NCBI GenBank assembly: GCA_964016885.1
Contig: OZ024741.1
Location: 289,850,001-289,914,000, forward strand
Length of the DNA stretch: 64,000 nucleotides
Direction of reading: 5' to 3'
Origin: Eledone cirrhosa
Lineage: Eukaryota
Part shown: positions 27,873 through 38,217 of the stretch, piece after piece
Numbering within the stretch: the first letter of the stretch is position 1
Layout of the letters: the number at the start of each line of letters is the position of its first letter
The notes under the pieces: model-generated
Told to the model about the DNA's origin: nothing
Seen by the model: the letters and a program-made list of their open reading frames with translations, nothing else
The model's database searches: none
Translations under genes and position numbers: made by a program

Positions 27873-28215
27873 TTTGGCACAAGGCCAGCGATAAACCAGT
27901 GTATTACTGGTACTTTATTTTATCGACCCCGTAAGGATGACAGGCAAAGTTAACCTCGGCGGGGTTTGAACTCAGATCGTAAAGGGACGTAACTATGCTG
28001 GAAAGCATGGCGTCCGACTCTCTACCTATACTGCCAATCCACCGCCCTATTATAATAATAATGGTTCCTTATATAGGCACAAGGCCAATAATTTTGAGGA
28101 AGGGGAAAGTCGATTAAATCGACCTCAGTGCGCGACTGATACTTTATTTTATCGATTCCGTAAGGATAAAAGGTAAAGTTAACCTCGGCGGGATTTGAAC
28201 TCAGAATGGTAAGGG
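27873..28215 (-). mobile_element. Two tandem tRNA-derived SINE copies; the second is cut off at 28215 by another insertion
   Basis: GGCACAAGGCC...GTTAACCTCGGCGGG...TTTGAACTCAGA at 27873-28047 and 28075-28215. Confidence 0.85.
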
Positions 28216-28886
28216 TTAATCGGCCGGGTGCACCGAAAACGATAAACGGAAAAAATGTTTGTTTACAAACACACCGAGCATTATAATAAATGTCCGGTGA
28301 ATTCATACGTACATATATATATATGTGTTCATGTATGTATATAAATATATACATACTACTGTAAGTCTGTATACATATATGTATGTACGTATACATACTT
28401 ATATTTAAGTAACAGCCGTACTAAGAGTGGGAAATGAAATTTCGTTTCATTTTTTCTGTTTATCGTTTTCGGTGCGCCCGGCCAATTAACTCACTCGATA
28501 TGCAAATTAGGCTGCTCAGCCGTTAATATGCATAAGGAAAGTATATACTTTCGGACGTTCAACTATCTGGCAGGAAGGTATACGTTGCTAACGATAGCTA
28601 ACAAGCTTGAAACTAGTATAGCGTTCCTTTGTCAGTGTTGAACAAACGAGTAACGGTGGTTGCTAGACACTACGGCTTAATACGGGATGTTTGTTTACAA
28701 ACACACCGAGCATTATAATAAATGTTTGGTGAATCCATACGTACATATATATATGTGTGCATGTATGTATATATATATACATACTACTGTACGTCTGTAT
28801 ACATATTTGTATGTACGTATAGATACTTATATTTAAGTAACAGCCGTACTAAGAGTGGGAAATGAAATTTCGGTTCATTTTTTCCG

Positions 28887-28888
<2 letters not shown>
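28213..28888 (+). mobile_element. Retrozyme-like / non-autonomous Penelope-type element: 432-bp unit in partial tandem plus a 45-bp inverted 5' piece
   Basis: 28255-28460 is repeated at 28687-28888 (offset 432); 28213-28257 is an inverted copy of 28448-28492; hammerhead fold inside the unit; no coding capacity; ends in (TA)n. Confidence 0.7.
28557..28643 (+). ncRNA. Type-I hammerhead ribozyme motif with a G5A core change (probably inactive copy)
   Basis: ACGTTG-CTAACGA-tAGCtaacaaGCTt-GAAA-CTAG-TA-TAGCGT; helix I extends through AAGG/CCTT, CTGGCA/TGTCAG and GTTCAAC/GTTGAAC. Confidence 0.75.
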
Positions 28889-28951
<63 letters not shown>

Positions 28952-28953
<2 letters not shown>

Positions 28954-29078
28954 GTCCTGTAACTCCTGATATAGTCGTAGGGGCGCCATATTGACATAGT
29001 GTGTTTCTTGGGCAATTTCTAAAGCCTGGCAGAGCCCATCCCTCATCCAGGCCTGAGTAGAGCAGATTGCTTCCAGAG
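28952..29078 (-). mobile_element. Short dispersed repeat (SINE-like 3' part) with dinucleotide tail, copy 1
   Basis: Its reverse complement matches 30290-30417 (AATCTGC..TACTCAGGC...TGCCCAAGAAACAC...CCCCTACGACT...GAGTTAC.GGACCA). Confidence 0.7.
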
Positions 29079-29104
29079 AAAGATAGAAAGTGAGAAAGAG
29101 GAAA

Positions 29105-29250
29105 TGACCCTAGTACTAGACTGGTATTTTTTTTATCGACCTCTAAAGTATGAAAAGCAACGTCGACCTCGGCGGGATTTGAACTGAGAGAGCAGAGAGC
29201 TGGAATGAATACTACAAATCATTCTATCTGACCTTCTAACGTCTGCGAAT
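29105..29250 (-). mobile_element. tRNA-derived SINE, degenerate
   Basis: ACTGGTATTTTTTTATCGACC...GTCGACCTCGGCGGGATTTGAACT. Confidence 0.75.
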
Positions 29251-29279
29251 TCGTCAAATCTAGCTGTACGTTGTATCCT

Positions 29280-29495
29280 TAAGCATGATATTCTTTTTCA
29301 CATTGCTCCAGTCCACCCAAATGGCAAAAATATATTGAACCAATAATTCAAAAGACCAGTATTGTCTTACACTGTGCCGCGCTGAGTATTCTTGAGAATT
29401 ACGTTACGGTTACACGTGTCTATGAAATGCTCAGTAACATTTGAGCGTTCATTTCTCGAACAGGTTGATCCGGTGATAAAACATTGATTGTAGAA
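29280..29495 (+). mobile_element. Degenerate fragment of a second SINE family
   Basis: TTCACATTGCTCCAGTCCACCCA...GAGAATTACGTTACGGTTACACGTGTCT resembles a common octopus SINE body as I recall it; single copy in this window. Confidence 0.45.
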
Positions 29496-29920
29496 ACTGA
29501 CAAAGGTCCAAATGTTATACAAGACATTTTACTGATAAATTCCTTAGTGTTTCAAACAAATGCCTTGGAGTATTTTCTCAGCCTGTTTGTGTTACCACTC
29601 CAAATCCCGCTGCGGTCAATTTTACCGAATTTTATCCTGATTAAATGTACACGTGGAGGTAAAGTCACGAGACATGAAAATTATGTGAAAGACCATAGAA
29701 ATTGATTTCATCCATATATATATTTCTCTGAAAATTTCACAGTAAACCCAGTTAGAATATATTTGGAGTTATCGACACATTATTTCTTTCAAAGTACATT
29801 AAGAATATTTGAAACACTTTTACCACATACTCTGCGGGGCATTCATTTCACGAGCTCTCCAGTAAAACTCGAAATGATTTAGGAAGCTTTCTTCTCAATA
29901 ATCACAAACACGCGCGCGCG

Positions 29921-30051
<131 letters not shown>

Positions 30052-30198
30052 TGTATTAGGTATATATCAAAATTTCAGCTGCCATATTGCCATATAGCAG
30101 TTGTTTGAGGCAATCACAAAGCCCTGAAAGGAGCGAGATGTTAATACATTACCGTCCAGAGTAAACACAACAGTTAAAAAGTGTATATATACATATAC

Positions 30199-30241
<43 letters not shown>

Positions 30242-30289
30242 GCACATATCATATATATATATATATAGTACTGGGTTAGATTCCTCCTC

Positions 30290-30415
30290 TCACTTGAAGA
30301 AATCTGCCGTACTCAGGCTTGGAGAGGGAAGAGCTTCGCCAGGCTTAAAATGCCCAAGAAACACCGTATGTCGATATGGCTCCCCTACGACTCTATCAAG
30401 AGTTACGGGACCAGA

Positions 30416-30417
<2 letters not shown>
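30290..30417 (+). mobile_element. Short dispersed repeat (SINE-like 3' part) with (TA)n tail, copy 2
   Basis: Homologous to the reverse complement of 28952-29078. Confidence 0.7.
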
Positions 30418-30470
<53 letters not shown>

Positions 30471-30593
30471 GGAGGTGAGTTTTATTGTAGTACAATAAAG
30501 CAATGCAGATATCGGATAAGAAGCACTCTACAGTTTGTAGGACTGGAGTATACATAATATATAAGATCAAAAGATGGTTAAAAGAGTTCCTTG

Positions 30594-30664
30594 TATTTTA
30601 TTATGCGCATTTCAAAAACAAATATCATCATGCAATAATATTTGTGTTTTCATCAGATAAAATA
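30594..30664 (-). ncRNA. Type-I hammerhead ribozyme (PLE-type, palindromic minimal helix III), intact core
   Basis: Minus strand: TATTTTAT-CTGATGA-[AAACACAAATATTATT-GCAT-GATGATATTTGTTTTT]-GAAA-TGCGCA-TA-ATAAAATA. Helix I is 8 bp perfect and helix II about 16 bp; predicted cleavage after AUA (between 30602 and 30601). Confidence 0.88.
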
Positions 30665-31029
30665 GGAAGACATGATATGAAGGTTAAAAAACACTTGTGA
30701 ATAGTGCAGTTTTAAATCAACACATGAAAAGTAGTTTTAGATTGATGTGTGATATTGTGAAAAAAATTTTTTGAGGGGGGGGGGGAGGTTGGAAAGAATG
30801 AAAAAGAGGAGGAGATGAGAGTAAAAAGTGGAGGGGGAGGAGTATAATGAGGAAGGATGAGATAGGAGGAGAGATGGGTGATAGAGAGAGAGAGATAGCT
30901 TTTATAACTGAGAAAAATATATTGTTTTACATAGAGAGGTTGAAAAACCGTTGGAAGAAAATGTATAAATTAAAAGAATTTGAAAATTAACGAAGAGAAA
31001 AATAATGTAAAGTTAAGGTTTGTATATTG

Positions 31030-31200
31030 AAGGGTTTAATAATATGTGCGATGAAAAGAAAATGTTAATATGTATTAAGAATAATATTTAAGGGTTTAAT
31101 AATATGTGCGATGGAAAGAAAATGTTAATATGTATTAAGAATAATATTTAAGGGTTTAATAATATGTGCGATGGAAAGAAAATGTTGATATGTATTATTA
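31030..31200. repeat. 60-bp unit x3 inside the PLE 3' region (mirrored at about 32830-33000)
   Basis: AAGGGTTTAATAATATGTGCGATG(G/A)AAAGAAAATGTT recurs at 60-bp spacing. Confidence 0.9.
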
Positions 31201-31628
31201 AAAAACAAAAGTAATGTAAGTAAGGATATATTGTGAGATGAGCATGAATAAGTTAGATGAAAGGGAGAAAAAAATAATGAATTGAGGATGAATATTCTAA
31301 CGTCAAAATAATGTGTTTATGTTTACGAAGGATTTTTTCAAGGTGATATAAGGTAAGAATATATTGTATTGTGTAATAATTGTTTCTATGTTAGGCACAG
31401 TGAGAAAAGGTACAGATTAGGGGTTAGAAATTAAAAGAAAACGAAAAGTAAAGGAAAAGGAAGAAAGGAAGTGATAAATAGGAGTGATATAGAATGAGTA
31501 ACAAGTATTATATAATGTATAATAAATAACTTTGAAATAAGGTAGAAAGATGGGTATATTTTTAAAGAAGTATATATTTATATATGTGCCTCTGAGAAAA
31601 GGATTCTAAATTGATAAAGTATTGGATA

Positions 31629-32009
31629 TTAGCTGTATACTTTATGGAATGTTCTGTGGAATTTATGCAAGCAGAGAGAAAACAAGTCAGTGCGTCTATT
31701 TATTATAGAATCTAAATTAGATATAATGGTAAATTTTTCATTTAGACAGAGATTGCAAGTCTTGGATAGAGAACTGTTCAAGTATAAAGAAGCAGAAGAA
31801 ACCTTTTTCCAAGAGATGTTATATTTAATATTTTTGTCTTTCAAGGACCATATGAGTTCTGAGAGAGCCGTGTTGGTTCTTTTAAGTTGGTATTTAAAAG
31901 ACGAATGATGATTATAAAGACGAGCTTTAAAGGAGGTGGAAGTGGAGCCAAAATAGGTGAAAGAATTGGTGTCAGTTATAACTTTACATTCGTAGATTAA
32001 GTTTTTATC
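31629..32009 (-). pseudogene. PLE C-terminal GIY-YIG endonuclease segment, left arm (5'-truncated, no RT)
   Basis: DKNLIYECKV...YFGSTSTSFKARLYNHHSSF...TALSELIWSLK...CNLCLNEK...INRRTDLFSLCLH; frame open to the stop codon. Confidence 0.85.
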
Positions 32010-32011
32010 AT

Positions 32012-32398
32012 TGTCTTGATAAAAACTTAATTTACGAATGTAAAGTTATAACTGACACCAATTCCTTCACCTATTTTGGCTCCACTTCCACCTCCTTTAA
32101 AGCTCGTCTTTATAATCATCATTCGTCTTTTAAATACCAACTTAAAAGAACCAACACGGCTCACTCAGAACTCATATGGTCCTTGAAAGACAAAAATATT
32201 AAATATAACATCTCTTGGAAAAAGGTTTCTTCTGCTTCTTTATACTTGAACAGTTCTCTATCCAAGACTTGCAATCTCTGTCTAAATGAAAAATTTACCA
32301 TTATATCTAATTTAGATTCTATAATAAATAGACGCACTGACTTGTTTTCTCTCTGCTTGCATAAATTCCACAGAATATTCCATAAAGTATACAGCTAA
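32012..32398 (+). pseudogene. PLE C-terminal GIY-YIG endonuclease segment, right arm (5'-truncated, no RT)
   Basis: CLDKNLIYECKVITDTNSFTYFGSTSTSFKARLYNHHSSFKYQLKRTNTAHSELIWSLKDKNIKYNISWKK...TCNLCLNEKFTII...NRRTDLFSLCLHK*. LIY/YFG correspond to GIY/YIG; conserved R, H, E and N are present. Confidence 0.85.
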
Positions 32399-33359
32399 TA
32401 TCCAATACTTTATCAATTTAGAATCCTTTTCTCAAAGGCACATATATAAATATATACTTCTTTAAAAATATACCCATCTTTCTACCTTATTTCAAAGTTA
32501 TTTATTATACATTATATAATACTTGTTACTCATTCTATATCACTCCTATTTATCACTTCCTTTTCTTCCTTTTCCTTTTCTGTTCTTTTTCTTTTAATTT
32601 CTAACCCCTAATCTGTACCTTTTCTCACTGTGCCTAACATAGAAACAATTATTACACAATACAATATATTCTTACCTTATATCACCTTGAACAAATCCTT
32701 CGTAAACATAAACACATTTTTTTGACGTTAGATTATTCATCCTCAATTCATTATTTTTTCTCCCTTTCATCTAACTTATTCATGCTCATCTCACAATATA
32801 TCCTTACTTACATTACTTTTGTTTTTTAATAATACATATCAACATTTTCTTTCCATCGCACATATTATTAAACCCTTAAATATTATTCTTAATACATATT
32901 AACATTTTCTTTCCATCGCACATATTATTAAACCCTTAAATATTATTCTTAATACATATTAACATTTTCTTTTCATCGCACATATTATTAAACCCTTCAA
33001 TATACAAACCTTAACTTTACATTATTTTTCTCTTCGTTAATTTTCAAATTCTTTTAATTTATACATTATCTTCCAACGGTTTTTCAACCTCTCTATGTAA
33101 AACAATATATTTTTCTCAGTTATAAAAGCTATCTCTCTCTCTCTCTCTATCACCCATCTCTTTCTCCTATCTCATCCTTCCTTATTATACTCCTCCCCCC
33201 TCCACTTTTTACTCTCATCTCCTCCTCTTTTTCATCCCCCCCCCCCCCCCCTCACATTTTTTTTCCCAATATCACACATCAATCTAAAACTACTTTTTAT
33301 ATGTTGATTTAAAACTGCACTATTCACAAGTGTTTTTTAACCTTCATATCATGTCTTCC

Positions 33360-33430
33360 TATTTTATTTGATGAAAACACAAATATTATTGCATGATGAT
33401 ATTTGTTTTTGAAATGCGCATAATAAAATA
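33360..33430 (+). ncRNA. Type-I hammerhead ribozyme, right-arm copy with C3U core change
   Basis: TATTTTAT-TTGATGA-...-GAAA-TGCGCA-TA-ATAAAATA; same as the left copy except C>T at 33368. Confidence 0.8.
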
Positions 33431-33458
33431 CAAGGAACTCTTTTAACCATCTTTTGAT

Positions 33459-33813
<355 letters not shown>

Positions 33814-34249
33814 TATGAAGAAAAATATATTATATAAATAAAAAATATATATATATCATATACACATACAGTACAAAAGACGAGATAGCCATTACTGGAA
33901 TGTTTTGATTACAGATCTTCTCAGTCAGGTCTGACCAAATATTGAGTAAAAAGAAAAAAAGTTGATCTTACCAAACACCGATGTTGACAATAATCAAGTC
34001 CTCATTTGTAAACATAAAAAATGAACTCAACCGTCCCCGACATTTCCCTTCTCTCCTAACTGTCATTACGATTGACGTCGAAGATTTTAGCAGGGACAGC
34101 TATAGTCACTAGTACTGCACGACCTTCAAACATCACCCTCGCTAATACCATCACACAAACAGCAAAAGCCCCCATCTTATTGCAATCCCTACGATTCTAC
34201 AATTTTTGAATATAATTATTGCCAATGGCACTCTCACCACACATCTCTT

Positions 34250-34905
34250 CTCCCTCCTCCTCCTCCTCCTCCTCACCATTGTCATGATCATGATAATCGT
34301 CGTCGTCATCATCATCATCATCATCATCATCGTCATCATCATGCTCATGATCATAATAATCATCATGATCATCATCAATGTCACCATTGTTGTCTTCGAC
34401 GCCGCCTTCATCTCTATCAATATGACATGATTCTCTTTATTCTCATTATCATCATCATCGTTATCATGTTTAGCAAAACTACTAATATCGCTAACAACAA
34501 CAACAACGTCAACACCACCACCACCACCACCACCATCACCATCACCACCATCACGACCATCACCACCACCACCACCACCATCACCACCACCACCACCACA
34601 ACCACCACCACCAGCACCAATACCACCACCACCACCACCACCATCATCATCACCACCATCACCACCATCATCCCCACCACCACCACCACCACTACCACCA
34701 CCACCACAATCACCAACACGACAACCATCACGATGAACATCATCATACTAAATATATTTATTAATAATGCTGTCATCGTTGTCGGCATCATTTTTATTAT
34801 CATCATCATTTTCATCTTTGTCAACATTGTCATCGTTGTCATACCAATGTTCCTCCTCAGCCTACTCCCCACCCCTTCCATATAACAACAACAACAACAA
34901 CCACG
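34250..34905. repeat. CAT/CAC/CAA trinucleotide low-complexity tract
   Basis: Seen directly. Confidence 0.9.
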
Positions 34906-35087
34906 ACTCTATGTCCAAAAAAAAGAAGCGCTCACGATTTTGACAACAAAAAGGAAATTTAAATAATCAAAACTGTACATTCAATAAAAACAACAGCAAT
35001 TATATCAATACATATTGTCACATCAGCCGCCTAACCCCCTCACATACAAACACACACATATACAGGGAAACACACTCACACACACAT

Positions 35088-35125
<38 letters not shown>

Positions 35126-35411
35126 GCATATATATATATATATATATATACACCCTCTACAGCGCCCTTTAGCTCCCATCACTAATCTCGTAAAATCAAA
35201 TCTTTGTGCCATGTGACATGTTAAAGGCGAAGGATTAACACATACCAAACGATCGATAATGGCACCAAAAGACGACGAGTAGTTAAAGAACGAATAGTAG
35301 TCGTATTACTAATAGTGGTGGTGCTGGTGGTTGTAGTAGTAATAGTAGTAGTAGTAATTGGTGTTGTAGCACCACCACTCCGAGTACAATAATAATAATT
35401 GTTTCTACTTT

Positions 35412-35740
35412 TGGCACAAGGACAGCAATTATTCCAGTGCATTACTGGTACTTAATTTTATCGACACCGTAAGGATGAGAGGCAAAGTTAACCTCGGTGG
35501 GATTTGAACTCAGACCGTAACGGACCGTAACCCTATGCTGTAAAGCATGGCGTCTCACACCCTCTACCGATTCTTTCTAACGTTAGCTGAAGACGAGCAA
35601 TTTGGCGGAAGGAAAGGGGTAAGTCAGTTATACCGACTACAGTACTTATCCGGTACATTATTTTATCGACCTTGGAAAGATGAAAGAGAAAATTTGACCA
35701 CTGGGGAATTTGAGCTCGGAACGTGATGAGCCGAAACAAG
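35412..35740 (-). mobile_element. Two tandem tRNA-derived SINE copies
   Basis: GGCACAAGGACAGC...GGCAAAGTTAACCTCGGTGGGATTTGAACTCAGA, then a more degenerate copy at 35595-35740. Confidence 0.8.
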
Positions 35741-35744
35741 AGCC

Positions 35745-35968
35745 CCAAAATCTTTACCTCACTCGTGGTGGTATCTATTACCTGTGCATTGCGAAGGAAG
35801 CGCCTAAGGCATTGCCATGGAGAACAGCCAGTGACACTCACTGCATTAGCTACTCCACCTAGCGGGGCTTCTTTCTCAGGCGGGATGCATTCCTCCCAAC
35901 ACTGCAGTGTAACACGGCATTTCGAGAGCAGAGGACCCCTGGTGTCTCGACGGCGACCAGAACAAAAA
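35745..35968 (-). mobile_element. Second CRE-clade 3' fragment, degenerate
   Basis: Minus-strand translation FVLVAVETPGVLCSRNAVLHCSVGRNASRLRKKPR*VE*LMQ*VSLAVLHGNAL; aligns with the 8226-8450 peptide. Confidence 0.72.
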
Positions 35969-36159
35969 GCAAGCAATTCACGAGAAATTAAAAACGAAAT
36001 ACCCAACACACACTACACAATAAGTCAGAGCAAAGGATAGAACTCGATTAAAAGAATAGGAGGAAATTACCTAGCATCAAGGCGTGATATAAGAAGTCAG
36101 TTATCAACGCTTTTTATACGAAACAGCTTGAAACCTCTCTGCTGGAAACAACTGCTGGC

Positions 36160-36350
36160 AGAAGGCGGCGAGATTTGAACTCAGAAAGCACAGAGCTAGA
36201 AGAGATATTGCAAAGTATGCCGTCTCACATTTCACCGGAAGGATGAAAGGTGAAGGAAGTTGGCATCGGCAGGATTTGATCACAGAACTTAAAAAACCGG
36301 AACAAACAATGCAATTTGGATTATCGATTCCGGCATTTCCACGCCTTAAG
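36160..36350 (-). mobile_element. Two degenerate SINE fragments
   Basis: GGCGAGATTTGAACTCAGAA and GGATGAAAGG...TCGGCAGGATTTGATCACAGAAC. Confidence 0.6.
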
Positions 36351-36458
36351 ATTTAATATAAGAAGAAACTCAATTTTACGGATGTTTCCCTAATCGATAT
36401 TGAATTAAATCAATTCAAATGAGAAAAGTTTTATTTTATTCGTATAAAGGCACCTACA

Positions 36459-36503
<45 letters not shown>

Positions 36504-36517
36504 ACATGACTAATCCT

Positions 36518-36555
<38 letters not shown>

Positions 36556-36599
36556 GTTATTCTCTACCTCCTTCTCTTTATGTCTCTCTCTTTCCATAT

Positions 36600-37432
<833 letters not shown>

Positions 37433-37589
37433 CGTCTCTGCGTTACTGTGTTTGCATATGTGCATCTTTATGTCTATATACGTCCATGGCAGTTTATTTG
37501 CCATCTTCACAATCTTCTTGTCTGCATGTAACCGGTTTACCAGTGCAAGTCATTCTCGTGTGCCAAGGAATTCTAGCTCAGTAAAAGAA

Positions 37590-37749
37590 ACAACAACAGC
37601 AGCAGCAGCAGCAGCAACAACAACAACAACAACAACAGCAGCAGCATCAGCAGCAACAACAACACCAACACCAGCAGCAACAGCAACAACAACAGCAGCA
37701 GCAGCAGCAGCAACACCAACACCAACAACAGCATCAGCATCAGCAGCAT

Positions 37750-37801
<52 letters not shown>

Positions 37802-37845
37802 AGCAGCAACAACAGCAGCAGCACCCCCCCCCCAACAACAACGAT
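37590..37845. repeat. (CAG/CAA)n tract
   Basis: Seen directly. Confidence 0.9.
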
Positions 37846-38217
37846 AGTAGCTGTAGTAGTAGGGATAAATTATATCCGAAACACATTCAATTCGTTATTT
37901 GGATTTTAATGTTTGATTAAGTAAATTTTTTTGTTTCTTAATCTTTTCTTTGAGAGATGTTGTGTGATTTCGAAGTGTGTTGTGTGTTGTATGGTGTGTT
38001 GTGGGTATTGTTTAGTGTTGTGTGTTGTGTAACATAATGTTGGTGTATCGTGTAATTAGTGTGTGTGTGGTGGCGTGTGATTTTGAAGAATGTTGTATTT
38101 GTGTTTGCTTGTATGTATAGATATATAGATAGACAGATGCCTACACACACCCACTAGCACATACATACACTGACTAGCACATTCACACACATGTTCACAC
38201 ATAGACATATTTATAAA

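Noticed and set aside
28213-28492. MITE bounded by 45-bp terminal inverted repeats
   Set aside because: No TSD seen, and homology continues beyond the right repeat as a 432-bp tandem unit with a hammerhead, so an inverted 5' piece of a retro-insertion explains it better. Not fully excluded.
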